A stretch of 64,000 nucleotides of DNA from Nitrosopumilus sp. (GCA_965205215.1 OZ242041.1:1984001-2048000); one strand, 5' to 3'. Positions 40,834 to 51,668 are shown, numbered from the stretch's first letter. Numbers and translations: made by a program. Notes: generated by a model not told the origin, from the sequence alone.

Positions 40834-41808
40834 ATGTCTGTGCGGCTACTTTTCATATCATCGAGGTATGATGACGGCATAGGCGGCCATGCGGCCATGC
40901 TGGCCGGCCAGCTTCAAAGGCGCGGCCATGGTGTGGACCTGCTAAAGGCGCCGCATATACCAATAAAAAACCTCAAAAACCCCAGCTTTGCCATTTTTGC
41001 CACGCTTAAGACCCTCTTGACAAACAAGCGATACGACATCGTTCACGCCTTTAACGTGCCGTCGGCGCTTCCCATGCGGTACGCAAGGGCGGCAAAAAAA
41101 GTACTCTCCGTGCACGGCGTATACGGGGAGCAGGTGGGCATGATACACTCACGCTCCGCCGCTAGACTTGCGGACGCGGCCGAGACCAAGGCCTTCGGGT
41201 GGGCCGACGTCCTGACCACGGACTCCATGAGGACGGCGGCGGCGTACGGCGCCATGGGGTATGATTTTGCATACCTGCCGTCTGCCATAGACCCCGCCAT
41301 GTTTGAAGGTCTTGCAGATGCCCAAAAGTGCACAGGCCAAGTGGCGTACGTGGGGCGCGACAGCTACGAGAAGGGGATAGACATACTGCGCGGAATCGAG
41401 CCGGACATACGCGGCTCCGTGCGATACTGCACCAGCATGAAGTGGCGCGACGCGATGTCCGCTCTGGCAGGGTCGTCCGTAATGGTGCTGCCCTCAAGGG
41501 TGGAGAGCCTTCCCACGGCCGTAAAGGAGGCGTTCTACCTGGGAGTCCCGGTAGTCGCCATGTCAGTCGGCGGCGTCCCGGAGCTCGTAGAGGACGGCAA
41601 GACGGGATTCCTGATAGAGCCGGGCGATGCTCGGCGCATGGCAGAGGTCGTAAACGGCATACTAGACGGCTCCATACCCACGCAGGAGGTGGTGGACGCC
41701 GCACACAGCTACGTGATGCGGCACATGACGTGGGACGCGGTCATGCCCCGGTACGAGGAGGCATACGAAAAGCTGCTCTCAGGGGAGAAGCAGAGCCGAC
41801 CGGCATAG
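40834..41808 (+). CDS. Glycosyltransferase family 4 (copy B)
   Basis: Paralogue of 24290-25267. Confidence 0.9.
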   Translation: MSVRLLFISSRYDDGIGGHAAMLAGQLQRRGHGVDLLKAPHIPIKNLKNPSFAIFATLKTLLTNKRYDIVHAFNVPSALPMRYARAAKKVLSVHGVYGEQVGMIHSRSAARLADAAETKAFGWADVLTTDSMRTAAAYGAMGYDFAYLPSAIDPAMFEGLADAQKCTGQVAYVGRDSYEKGIDILRGIEPDIRGSVRYCTSMKWRDAMSALAGSSVMVLPSRVESLPTAVKEAFYLGVPVVAMSVGGVPELVEDGKTGFLIEPGDARRMAEVVNGILDGSIPTQEVVDAAHSYVMRHMTWDAVMPRYEEAYEKLLSGEKQSRPA

Positions 41809-41932
41809 CTAGCCCATCCTTCCGCTCACCGGAGTGCGCACACGGCGCGGACATGGCGGCCAGCTGGACGTCGGCCCTGATCGCCGCCGCGGCACTTGCA
41901 GCGGCGGCGGGCGGCGCAGGACGGGCTGGACC

Positions 41933-43033
41933 TCACGCGATCTTGTCCACGATCTCGCTCATTTTCTTCAAGTGGTGTGGCTTCACGCCCGGATGGACGG
42001 GCAGCGACAGTACGCGTCCCGCAGCCCGCTCCGTGACCGGCAGCTTCCCACGGCGGCCCTTCATGGCCGTCGCATAGAACGGTATCTGGTGCACCGGTAT
42101 CGGATAGTACACGTTTGCCCCAAACCCCGCCGCGTTGAGCGCCTCTTTGAGATCTCCCTGCCTCCCGGTAGATATGGTGTACAGGTACCAGTTGACCTCC
42201 TCGTGCGCCCGCTGCTCCGGAATGGTGACGTGATCCGCGCCATCAAGCAGTCTGGACAGCGCCCTTGCGTTTGCCCTCCTCTTCTCAAGAAACGACGGAA
42301 GCCTGCCCATCTGCACCTTTGCTATCGCCGCGCTGACCTCCGGCATCCTCAGGTTCAGGCCGAAGGCTTCAGAGTCGTATCCGCGTATCATGCCGTGGTT
42401 GCGCACCATCCGCAGCTCGTCGTACAGCTTCTTGCTGTCAGTCACTACCAGTCCCCCCTCCCCCGCGGTAATCACCTTTGCCGGATACAGGCTAAAGCAC
42501 CCCATGTCTCCGAACGTGCCCGACTGCTTCTTCCTGTATGTGGAGCCCATGGACTGCGCCGCGTCCTCGACCACCCTCAGTCCGCGTTCGTCTGCGATCC
42601 TGCAGATCTCCTCCACCCTTGCCACGTTCCCGTAAAGGTGCACCGGAATCACAGCCTTTGAGCGCCGGCTTACCTTCTTCTCCAGGTCTTCCGGGTCCAT
42701 GGTATGGTGCGTCTTGTCAATGTCAACAAATACGGGCTTTGCGCCCGCGGCCACCACCGCGTTTGCGGTGGCCACAAATGTAAACGACGGGACTAAAACC
42801 TCGTCCCCCCTCCCTATGCCAAGCGCGTGCAGAGCGGCCTGGATGGCCGCCGTCCCGGAGTTTACCGCCACCGCATAAGACGATCCCAGAAACCGCCTTG
42901 CTGCGTCCTCAAACTCGCGTACGTTGGGGCCGCCCCCCATGGAAGCGTCCGTCAGTGCCCCCCCTCTCAGTACCCGGCCCACCTCGCGCATCTCCTCCCT
43001 GCCCAGAACGGGCATGTTAATCGGGACGTTCAT
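41933..43033 (-). CDS. DegT aminotransferase (copy B)
   Basis: Paralogue of 25382-26479. Confidence 0.93.
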   Translation of the reverse strand: MNVPINMPVLGREEMREVGRVLRGGALTDASMGGGPNVREFEDAARRFLGSSYAVAVNSGTAAIQAALHALGIGRGDEVLVPSFTFVATANAVVAAGAKPVFVDIDKTHHTMDPEDLEKKVSRRSKAVIPVHLYGNVARVEEICRIADERGLRVVEDAAQSMGSTYRKKQSGTFGDMGCFSLYPAKVITAGEGGLVVTDSKKLYDELRMVRNHGMIRGYDSEAFGLNLRMPEVSAAIAKVQMGRLPSFLEKRRANARALSRLLDGADHVTIPEQRAHEEVNWYLYTISTGRQGDLKEALNAAGFGANVYYPIPVHQIPFYATAMKGRRGKLPVTERAAGRVLSLPVHPGVKPHHLKKMSEIVDKIA

Positions 43034-43120
43034 GCCAGTGGTGGGACACGCAGATCTTAAAAGCCGAACGGTTGGAGGGTGGCAGGGGCGCAGGGCGGGG
43101 GAATGGCAGGAGGGTCCGGC

Positions 43121-44200
43121 TCACCCCAGGGATGCAATGGACTTCTCCAGCACTGGATACGGATCCTCCATCGATCGCACAAGCCGCGCGGCCTTTCTGG
43201 CGTACACGCTTCGTGGAGTACCAAGCATCCTCTTTGCAAGTTTGACAGCCTTGCCAGGATCTGATGTACGGTACAGCACCCCCTTGCGCGCCAAGAACCG
43301 CTCACCCCAGTTAGGTGCGGCGCCAGTCGATATTGTGGGCACGCCCAGCAGTGCGGACTCTGACGTCATGGTGCCACCCGAGCCCACGAACAGATCGGTG
43401 TTCTCCAGCAGGGAACGGCCGTCATACGACTTGGTCAGGACTGTCACCTTGCCTCCAAGCTCCTTTTGCAGCCTTCTTATCTGATCTGCATATCTTGCAA
43501 GTACCACGATTCTGGCGCCTTCCAGTTGATCCGCAAAGGCTTCAAGTATCTGCCGCATGTTGTCGTCACTCTTCCTTATGTACGCAGACTGCTCCTCGGC
43601 CATCCTAAACAGGATTATCTTGCTCGGGCTTGCCCCTTTGCCGCTGCCCTTGTTGTAACGGAAGAACGGCGCCGCGCCGCGCGAAGCGGCGGGCGCATAC
43701 TGGGATATGATGTAGGCCGCATCAAAGGCCCTGTATGTCATTATCTGGCCTGCCCCAATCCCGTACCTGACAAATGCGGACTTTGGTATGTACGAGGGTA
43801 TGATCAACCGCTGCACGAGCGGAACGGCAAGCCGCATCTGCGGTATGATGTGTGGCGAGTCAAAAAAGGCCACGTGGTTCATGCCAAGGCCGTATGAGAC
43901 CCGTGCGGCCTCGGGCGAGCAGAAGCTTATCGCAAGGTCCACGCCTCCCGCATGCTCCTCCTCAACAAATCGCTGCAGGCGCGCCACGCGCGAGGTACTG
44001 GCCCGTAGCTTTTCGGCCTTGTCGCCCCCGCCGTGCCGCCCAACAATCGTGAGGTCGATATCGTGTATCTTGGCAAGGTTTTCCAGCTCCCTGTATTTGC
44101 GGCCTGTACAGACCACCTCGTGCTTCCGGGCCAGTCTCCTTGCCATGGGCGTAAAGAACAGTATCTCCTTCGGGGTCAGTATGTCAAACCAGATCTTCAA
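43121..44200 (-). CDS. DUF354 protein (copy B)
   Basis: Paralogue of 26567-27643. Confidence 0.85.
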   Translation of the reverse strand: MKIWFDILTPKEILFFTPMARRLARKHEVVCTGRKYRELENLAKIHDIDLTIVGRHGGGDKAEKLRASTSRVARLQRFVEEEHAGGVDLAISFCSPEAARVSYGLGMNHVAFFDSPHIIPQMRLAVPLVQRLIIPSYIPKSAFVRYGIGAGQIMTYRAFDAAYIISQYAPAASRGAAPFFRYNKGSGKGASPSKIILFRMAEEQSAYIRKSDDNMRQILEAFADQLEGARIVVLARYADQIRRLQKELGGKVTVLTKSYDGRSLLENTDLFVGSGGTMTSESALLGVPTISTGAAPNWGERFLARKGVLYRTSDPGKAVKLAKRMLGTPRSVYARKAARLVRSMEDPYPVLEKSIASLG

Positions 44201-44264
44201 CGGGCTTGGTTCGGGACACCTACTAATAATGCAATGCAACGAGGCCAGGAGATCCTCCGGCCCT

Positions 44265-44361
44265 CATCGTCATCACCGCAATCACCATCATCATCACCAT
44301 CATCATCATCATCACCATCATCATCACCATCATCATCATCACCATCATCATCACCATCACC
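44265..44361. repeat. (CAT/CAC)n microsatellite
   Basis: About 30 CAY triplets; only a few at the equivalent site in copy A (about 27726-27741). Confidence 0.95.
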
Positions 44362-44600
44362 AGCAACAGCAATAGCGACGATGTTGGTAGCATGTTGCCA
44401 GACAGGCTCGCACAAGTGAGGCCGAGAAACGGGGGGACGAAAACGGTATTTTGTGGCAACTTTTGCATATCCGAAGATTTCACGTGTTGCGCCACGGGTG
44501 CTTTATCACAACAAGCACGAATACAAGCTACTATGCCTGCAAACTTCGGACAAGGGAATCGTTCCGCGGCCATACGCGTGACGCGGTAGCAGTTCCCCCG

Positions 44601-45539
44601 TTATTTCAGGTCCAAGTAGACCGGGACACCCCTCCTGGCCGACAGGAGCGCGGATTCGGCTATCTTTGTCACGTTGATTGCGTGCTGTGGCTTTACCCGC
44701 AGCTCTGCCTCCCCCCTGACTGCGTCAATAAAGTTCCGTATCTCCAGCAGCAGCGGTTCTTGCGCCTCCCCTTCCACGAGCGACACGCCGTCGCTCTTCT
44801 CCACCTTGATCTCCTGCGTGATAAAGTCAGAAGAGATTACCGCCTCGGTGCAGACGGCGCCGAACCTCCGCACCTTTACAGGCGTCAGCCAGTTGGAGAG
44901 TATCATTGCGACCTTGTTGTCGTCAAACCCCAGCATGATGGAGGAAAAGTCCTCATGCTCGTGCTTTATGCGCCCCGCGCTTGCAAACACCACGTTGGGC
45001 GTCCTGTCAAACAGCCACAGGGCCGTGTCGATGTCGTGTACCGCGGTATCATAAATTATTCCCACGTCCTTTATGTGGAGGGGCATGCGGTTCTCCCTGT
45101 GGAACTCTAGCATCACAAGATCCCCGTATTTTTTCGAGCTGACAAAGTCCTTTACTATATCCACGGCCGGATTGAACCGCTCTATGTATCCGCACGTCAG
45201 CAGGACGCCGTTTCTGTCGGCAAGGTCGCGCAAGCGTTCCCCGTCCCCAGAGTCATACGTCAGCGGCTTTTCGACAAATACGTGCTTTTTGCGGTTCAGC
45301 AGCTTTGTGGCAATGTCCGCGTGCGTCTTTGTGGGCGTGCACACGAGCGCCGCATCAAACTCCTCGCCGTCCAGCAGGCCGTCCACCGAGCCATAACCAG
45401 GTACCGAATACTGCTGTGAGAACTGCCTGCGGCGCTCACCGTCTGAGTCGCATACGGCGCAAAGGGCCCCCAGATGCGAGAGGACGCGCGCGTGGTGCCT
45501 GCCCCACCCGCCCGTGCCTATCTGCGCGACGCGTACCAT
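44601..45539 (-). CDS. Gfo/Idh/MocA oxidoreductase (copy B)
   Basis: Paralogue of 27979-28917. Confidence 0.92.
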   Translation of the reverse strand: MVRVAQIGTGGWGRHHARVLSHLGALCAVCDSDGERRRQFSQQYSVPGYGSVDGLLDGEEFDAALVCTPTKTHADIATKLLNRKKHVFVEKPLTYDSGDGERLRDLADRNGVLLTCGYIERFNPAVDIVKDFVSSKKYGDLVMLEFHRENRMPLHIKDVGIIYDTAVHDIDTALWLFDRTPNVVFASAGRIKHEHEDFSSIMLGFDDNKVAMILSNWLTPVKVRRFGAVCTEAVISSDFITQEIKVEKSDGVSLVEGEAQEPLLLEIRNFIDAVRGEAELRVKPQHAINVTKIAESALLSARRGVPVYLDLK

Positions 45540-45673
45540 CGGCAGTACGCCCCCACATCTCACTTAAAACTTGACCCGTCCAGTCCTTCGGATTGTAGGC
45601 CGCCATACTGTCATAAAACCCGGCCGGCGGATCCATAGGGCAAGCCACCGGCAGCCTGCAGCTGCTGCCGTTG

Positions 45674-46243
45674 TTACAGCCCACCAAAGCTCTCCGGCCT
45701 CTTCAGTATGCCCCCGCCCGCCAGAAACCCGAGCTTCTCGTCCAAGTTCCTCATGGCCTTGACGTCGTCCGGGGTCAGGCTCTCCCCCGCGTCGGCCTTT
45801 TTGAGCGCGCCCAGAACCTCGTAAAGCAGCGGCGCCAGCACCTCCCGTTGCACGCCTGGCGGAAGCTTGTACATGTACGGGTTGCTCTCGACGCTTATCT
45901 CGATTTCGGAGCGGAACGCGCTCGTACGGCGCATGTGCAGGTAGCCGACCAGTATCATAATCGGGAACCCGGCCAAGGTTACGAGCGCGATGTACAGCGT
46001 AAAGCTTGAGAATACGGACTGCAGGGCCGGATAGTTGTTCACCGCCAGATAGTACGTCAGGGTGAGCGTGTTGGCCGCGCCAAATATGAACATGAAGTAT
46101 TCCGAGTATCCGGTCCGGAAGTAAAACCAGGAGCGGAAGGGCACCGACCGCTTAGAACCGTGGCTGCCGTGGTTGCCGTCGCGCACCTTGCTGCTGCGCA
46201 GGTCGCCGCTGCTGCCGCTGCCGTCCCCGCCGTCATCGCTCAA
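45674..46243 (-). CDS. Two-TM hypothetical protein
   Basis: FRSWFYFRTGY..Y motif; paralogue of the neighbouring gene. Confidence 0.75.
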   Translation of the reverse strand: MSDDGGDGSGSSGDLRSSKVRDGNHGSHGSKRSVPFRSWFYFRTGYSEYFMFIFGAANTLTLTYYLAVNNYPALQSVFSSFTLYIALVTLAGFPIMILVGYLHMRRTSAFRSEIEISVESNPYMYKLPPGVQREVLAPLLYEVLGALKKADAGESLTPDDVKAMRNLDEKLGFLAGGGILKRPESFGGL

Positions 46244-46728
46244 TCGTCTATCACGCCCCTCGCATACGAGCCCACGCTCCCCCCGTCGATCAGGTGCCGG
46301 AGGCGCTCCCGGAGACGGTCAATCTCGCCGAGCTCCTCGTCGGTAAGCTTCTCAGATATGGAGCTCTTGAGTACGGCCCTCAGGATCATCTTGTAGGCCG
46401 GCCCGAACACCTCACGCATGAACCCGGGCTGGAACTTGTAGTTGAATATGTTGTTCTGCATGTTGATTGCCACGGCGGCGGAGTGCGCGCCTATCCTCTT
46501 GTAGTGGGCGTACCCTACAACCGTAACCGTGGGAATTGCCACCAGCACCGCCGTTACGACGTACATCTCAAACGTGGGAAAGACCTCCTTGATAAACGGA
46601 ATCTCATCTATGGCCAGAAAGTAGGTGGACGTCAGGACGTTGACGGCCCCCAGCAACATGATTAGGTATGCGGCGTATCCCGTCCTAAAGTAGAACAGGG
46701 TGCGAAAGCCCCTCCTAGTCGCCTTCAT
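46240..46728 (-). CDS. Two-TM hypothetical protein (paralogue)
   Basis: FRTLFYFRTGY..Y motif; start approximate. Confidence 0.75.
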   Translation of the reverse strand: MKATRRGFRTLFYFRTGYAAYLIMLLGAVNVLTSTYFLAIDEIPFIKEVFPTFEMYVVTAVLVAIPTVTVVGYAHYKRIGAHSAAVAINMQNNIFNYKFQPGFMREVFGPAYKMILRAVLKSSISEKLTDEELGEIDRLRERLRHLIDGGSVGSYARGVIDD

Positions 46729-47018
46729 GCCGGCAATACCCGTGATAGGCATAAAAAGATCACGACGTTGCGGTCGGCCTAAATCCTTTTTAGATCGGCT
46801 GTGCAACGCACGTCGCCCAAGAGCAGGCACGCAGACGGACCGGGATGATGCGATCGTACGATACCGGTGACTTTCGGTTCACCCAGGCGTGCTACACAGA
46901 GGGCGACCCCCGGTTAGAGAACCTGGTGAGGGTTTGGCTAAAGCACCGATGATCCCGCGCGAGTCAGAACCGGGGCACAATCCCAAGCCATATAGCGGGG
47001 GCCGCGCCACCCGACACG

Positions 47019-47432
47019 TTGGCAAACCGCTGGCTTGCAAAGCAGGAACCCAGCGCCTACTCGTTTGAGCAGCTGAGGCGCGACCGCACCACCATGTGGG
47101 ACGGCGTCCACAACAATTTGGCGCTCAAGCACATACGCAACATGAGGCCCGGCGACCAGGTGCTGTTCTACCACACGGGCAAGGAGAAGAGGGCAGTCGG
47201 GATCATGCAGGTTACCTCAAAGCCGTACCCGAACCCCGAGGAGGCAGACGAGCGGTTCGTGGTGGTGGATGTAAAGTACAAAAAGCCGCTGAAGCGGCCC
47301 GTCACGCTGGCGGAGATCAAGCAGAACGAAAGGATGGCAGGGTGGGATCTCCTGCGCATATCGCGCCTGTCAGTCATGCCGGTCCCCAAGGACGTGTGGG
47401 ACGAGGTAATCCGGATGTCAGAGCAGGCATGA
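47019..47432 (+). CDS. EVE domain protein
   Basis: WLAKQEP, WDGVHN, GDQVLFYHTG, RLSVMPV. Confidence 0.92.
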   Translation: MANRWLAKQEPSAYSFEQLRRDRTTMWDGVHNNLALKHIRNMRPGDQVLFYHTGKEKRAVGIMQVTSKPYPNPEEADERFVVVDVKYKKPLKRPVTLAEIKQNERMAGWDLLRISRLSVMPVPKDVWDEVIRMSEQA

Positions 47433-47514
47433 CGCAGGCCCCGGACGGCGGCGGATCATGTCCTGCGGTTCGGCCGCGCGAACTGTTGATATATGCCCCG
47501 TATTGACAGCTGCC

Positions 47515-47754
47515 ATGGCAACAGCGTATGTCTTGATAAACTGTGAGCTGGGTTCCGAGGAGGACATCATCAGCCAGCTGAAGGGGCTTGAGGGCGTCAT
47601 CGAGGTTCACGGCACGTTTGGTGCGTATGACATACTGGCAAAGATCGAGTCTGAGACGGTCGAAAAGCTCAGGGAGACGATCACCTGGAAGATCAGGAAG
47701 ATCGAAAAGATCCGCTCGACGCTCACCCTGATGGGCATCGAGGGCCAGACGTGA
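47515..47754 (+). CDS. Lrp/AsnC ligand-binding (RAM) domain protein
   Basis: AYVLINC, GAYDILAK, IRSTLTL. Confidence 0.9.
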   Translation: MATAYVLINCELGSEEDIISQLKGLEGVIEVHGTFGAYDILAKIESETVEKLRETITWKIRKIEKIRSTLTLMGIEGQT

Positions 47755-47869
47755 GCCGCGCACCACTGACTTTTTCTCATTTCCACATACCACAGCGGAT
47801 GACTGCGAGCACCCGCCCACAAGCGGCAGCGCAACAACACCAATAACCCGCCCAAGCACACCACACGCA

Positions 47870-48460
47870 ATGCCCGTGCTCCACTTCATATTCGTCACAA
47901 AGCACGAGCAGGACAGGGCCGCCTCGGGCCGCGACTACAACTACGTCCAGAGGATGGCCGCGTTCTACGGCTCCTGGATACGCGAAAAGTTCGGCATCTC
48001 ATACGAGATCAAATGCGACGAGCTGGTCGCAAACCCCCGCGGCGTTCTTGACCGCATCAACATGCACACGCTCGTCAGGGACCACGAGCACCGCGGCAGG
48101 GACACCTACCACTTCTACCTGACATACTTCAGGCCCATCTGGACCGACTGCACGTGCGAGGGGTACCACGCCGAGAACTTTGGCATGGCGTACTGGCAGT
48201 CCCCCAAGGATGCGGACATCTCCGGTGAGGACGCCGACCTGTTCTTTGCAGAGAAGAACTGCACCGTCGTGTCGCACCAGATACTGCACGAGATGCTGCG
48301 CATGCAGGGCAACAAGCGCCACATACAGGACGTGCACGACCTGTGGACCAAGCACGTCTTCTCGCAGCTGGAGTTCGTCCAGTATGACGGCTCGCACGAG
48401 GTTACGGAGGAGAGGCCGTCGTTTCTCGTCGTGGATGTATCCGCGCTCGAATCGGGCTGA
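47870..48460 (+). CDS. Hypothetical protein (possible zincin-like)
   Basis: Host-like codon usage; SHQILHE. Confidence 0.7.
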   Translation: MPVLHFIFVTKHEQDRAASGRDYNYVQRMAAFYGSWIREKFGISYEIKCDELVANPRGVLDRINMHTLVRDHEHRGRDTYHFYLTYFRPIWTDCTCEGYHAENFGMAYWQSPKDADISGEDADLFFAEKNCTVVSHQILHEMLRMQGNKRHIQDVHDLWTKHVFSQLEFVQYDGSHEVTEERPSFLVVDVSALESG

Positions 48461-49096
48461 TCAGCACTTTGTCACGGAATATATCGTGTTCTCAAAGTTT
48501 GCCGCCTTGAACTCCAGCCTGTTCTCCGGGTCGTCCGGCCTCTGGCCGTTGAGCCTTGCAAGCTCTTTGGTGGCGTCCCTCTTGAACCCGGTGGAGGATC
48601 CGTATATGGCATCAGTAAGCATTGTCCCCTGCTCGCCGCTCTTTATGTCGTCGACCACCTTGTAGAACCTCTCCGTGTCCTTTGCTCCCACGGGGTTGCC
48701 GGTGGCCTTGTTCGTGGCGACGGCGATGTACACGCCCCCCGCGTTCTTTACGGCGACCTGAACGCGGTGGTTCTTGCCCGACGCGCCGGGGATCGTCTCG
48801 TTGACCAGCACGGTGCACTTGTGGTACACGCTGGACACGAACGCGTAGAACCTGTACTGGGCGTACTTGCCGGCCTCGTCCTCCTCGCACTCTACGAATA
48901 TCCTGTGTAGCATCGAGAGCGCATCGTCGTTCATGCTCTGCAGGCGGTCGTCTATCCTGCCGCGCTCCAAGAGGTCGGACTTGCACTCCTTTGCTATCAT
49001 GACAAGTATAAAGTCCGGCAGGTTGTAGTTCTTGAGGGCCGCCACGAACGCGCCCGCCTGCGACATGCCGAACTTTGGAAAGCCCTTGTTGACCAT
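48461..49096 (-). CDS. Hypothetical protein
   Basis: Host-like codon usage; GASGKNH motif reminiscent of restriction-endonuclease-like folds. Confidence 0.7.
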   Translation of the reverse strand: MVNKGFPKFGMSQAGAFVAALKNYNLPDFILVMIAKECKSDLLERGRIDDRLQSMNDDALSMLHRIFVECEEDEAGKYAQYRFYAFVSSVYHKCTVLVNETIPGASGKNHRVQVAVKNAGGVYIAVATNKATGNPVGAKDTERFYKVVDDIKSGEQGTMLTDAIYGSSTGFKRDATKELARLNGQRPDDPENRLEFKAANFENTIYSVTKC

Positions 49097-49275
49097 TATG
49101 CGCGGCTCCTGGGGGCGGTGCTGGGGATGGCTGACAACGCCCTGTATGGCCGCTTTTTGCTTATAATTGTATATTGCTGTAAGGCGGCGCCTGCTACACG
49201 GCTCCCCGACATCCCGGTGCGGCGGCGCAGTCTAGAGTTAAATTCGGGCCGGCCCCCGCCAAGCTCGTAACGATA

Positions 49276-51570
49276 ATGAGCAAGACCACGCTTGACATGG
49301 TGCGCGGCGCATACGGCGCAATGTCCGAGAGGCTGAAGGAATACCGCAGCAAGGTGGGGGGCGCAAGGCCGCTGACCCTGGCCGAGAAGATACTGGCGGG
49401 GCACCTTGACTGCGCGCCGTCCGGCCCCATTGCAAGGGGCAAAGACTACGTGTTTCTGAGGCCCGACAGGGTCGCCCTGCAGGACGTGACGGGGCAGATG
49501 GTGATGCTGCAGTTCATGCAGACCGGGCTGGGCCGCGTTACAATACCCACGACGGTCCACTGCGACCACCTGATACGGGCCGAGTCCGGCGGCGAGGAGG
49601 ACATGAAGGCGTCGCTCGGCAAGAACAACGAGGTCTTCGAGTTTCTGCGCACCGCCGCGGCCAGGTACGGGTGCGGGTTCTGGAAGCCGGGCGCCGGCAT
49701 CATACACCAGGTGGTGCTTGAGAACTACGCGTTCCCGGGGGGGCTGATGATAGGCACCGACTCCCACACCCCGAACGCAGGAGGCCTCGGCATGGTGGCA
49801 GTCGGGGTCGGGGGGCTTGACGCCGCCGAGGTGATGGCCGGAAGCCCGTGGGAGCTGCTGTATCCGAAGATGATCGGGGTCAAACTCACCGGCTCCCTGC
49901 GCGGGTGGGCGGCACCCAAGGACGTCATACTGAAGGTGGCCGAGACCCTGACCGTATCCGGCGGCACCAACTCGATTGTGGAATACTTTGGGGAGGGCTC
50001 CTCGTCGATAAGCTGCACGGGCAAGGCGACGATCACGAACATGGGCGCGGAGATAGGCGCGACCTGCTCCGTGTTCCCGTACGACGAGAAAATGTCGGCA
50101 TACCTGAGGATGACCGAGCGCGCCGAGATTGCGGATCTGGCAGACAAGTACGCGGACGAACTGCTCGCAGCCGATCCGGAAGTCGGGGCCGACCCCGAAA
50201 AGTACTTTGACCAGGTGATAGAGATCAACCTCTCCAAACTGGAGCCCCACATCGTGGGGCCGCACACGCCGGACCTGGCAAGGCCCATCTCGGGGCTTGC
50301 CAAGGACGTGGAGTCGAACTCGTACACGGACGAGATCTCCGTGGCGCTGATCGGCAGCTGCACCAACTCGTCCTACGAGGACATGTCGCGCGCAGCCAGC
50401 CTGGCAGAGCAGGCAAGCAGGCTCGGCATCACGTCAAAGGCGCCGCTGCTTGTAACTCCGGGCTCCGAGCAGATACGGGCCACGATCGAGCGCGACGGGC
50501 AGATGGAATCGCTGCGTGGCATAGGCGCGACCGTCCTTGCAAACGCCTGCGGGCCCTGCATAGGGCAGTGGAACAGGCCCGAGCTCGAGCCCGGCGCCGA
50601 GAACACCATCGTAACGACGTTCAACCGCAACTTTCCGGGCCGCAACGACGGCAGGCGCTCGACTTTGAACTTTATCGGCAGCCCCGAGATGATCATAGCG
50701 CTGGCGCTCGGGGGCCGGCTCTCGTTTGACCCCACGAGGGACGAGCTCGTGTCGGCCGACGGCACGAGGCACGTGCTCGAGCCGCCCCCGCCGGCGCCCG
50801 AGGTGCCGCCCCGGGGGTTCGCGGGCACCGACTCGGTGTACGTGGAGCCGCCCGCGGCAGGGGATGCTGAGAGCATAAGGGTCGCGATAGACCCGGACAG
50901 CGGCAGGCTGCAGAAACTGGAGCCATTCGAGCCGTGGGACGGGCAGGACTACGAGGAGATGTCCGTAATGGCAAAGGCCCGCGGCAAGTGCACCACCGAC
51001 CACATCTCGCCTGCCGGCGCGTGGCTGTCACTGAGGGGCCACCTTGACAGGCTGAGCGACAACCTGCTGCTTGGCGCCGTAAACGCGTTCACGGGGGACG
51101 TGGGCTCCGGAAAGAACGCGCTGACCGGCAAGACGGAGCAGTTCGCGGCCATCGCAAGGCAGTACAAGGAGCAGCGCATGAAGTGGGTCATAGTGGGAGA
51201 CCACAACTACGGCGAGGGCAGCAGCAGGGAGCACGCCGCAATGACGCCGCGCTACCTGGGGTGCGCGGCGGTCATTGCAAGGAGCCTTGCACGCATACAC
51301 GAGACCAACCTCAAAAAGCAGGGGGTGCTGGCCCTGACCTTTGCGGACCACGCGGACTACGACCGCATACGGGAGGACGACCGCATAAGCCTGCACGGGC
51401 TGTCGCACATGGAGCCCGGCAGGCCCGTAGCATGCACGATAACGCACGCGGACGGCGAGTCGGAGGACATACAACTGGCGCACTCGTACAACGAGCTCCA
51501 GATAGAATGGTTCAAGGCGGGCTCCGCCCTGAACGTGCTCAAGCGCGGGCGGGACGGGCAGGACGCGTGA
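49276..51570 (+). CDS. acnA: Aconitate hydratase (mitochondrial-type)
   Basis: HCDH, GTDSHTPNAGG, GSCTNS, CGPCIG, TTDHIS, GSSREHA. Confidence 0.95.
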   Translation: MSKTTLDMVRGAYGAMSERLKEYRSKVGGARPLTLAEKILAGHLDCAPSGPIARGKDYVFLRPDRVALQDVTGQMVMLQFMQTGLGRVTIPTTVHCDHLIRAESGGEEDMKASLGKNNEVFEFLRTAAARYGCGFWKPGAGIIHQVVLENYAFPGGLMIGTDSHTPNAGGLGMVAVGVGGLDAAEVMAGSPWELLYPKMIGVKLTGSLRGWAAPKDVILKVAETLTVSGGTNSIVEYFGEGSSSISCTGKATITNMGAEIGATCSVFPYDEKMSAYLRMTERAEIADLADKYADELLAADPEVGADPEKYFDQVIEINLSKLEPHIVGPHTPDLARPISGLAKDVESNSYTDEISVALIGSCTNSSYEDMSRAASLAEQASRLGITSKAPLLVTPGSEQIRATIERDGQMESLRGIGATVLANACGPCIGQWNRPELEPGAENTIVTTFNRNFPGRNDGRRSTLNFIGSPEMIIALALGGRLSFDPTRDELVSADGTRHVLEPPPPAPEVPPRGFAGTDSVYVEPPAAGDAESIRVAIDPDSGRLQKLEPFEPWDGQDYEEMSVMAKARGKCTTDHISPAGAWLSLRGHLDRLSDNLLLGAVNAFTGDVGSGKNALTGKTEQFAAIARQYKEQRMKWVIVGDHNYGEGSSREHAAMTPRYLGCAAVIARSLARIHETNLKKQGVLALTFADHADYDRIREDDRISLHGLSHMEPGRPVACTITHADGESEDIQLAHSYNELQIEWFKAGSALNVLKRGRDGQDA

Positions 51571-51668
51571 TCTTGGTTCCATGCGGTTACGAACCGTACG
51601 GACTACTAGGGGGCGCCATCACGGTGCATGCCGCGCGCAGTCAGTGTGACCGCGCTGTTAAGGGGACG

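Larger units (their letters stand above)
40805..45583. repeat. Segmental duplication, copy B
   Basis: Colinear with 24265-28963; boundaries approximate. Confidence 0.92.

Noticed and set aside
43788-44573. Poly-His, poly-Met or poly-Asp ORFs
   Set aside because: They are translations of the microsatellite in shadow frames, and copy A lacks the expansion
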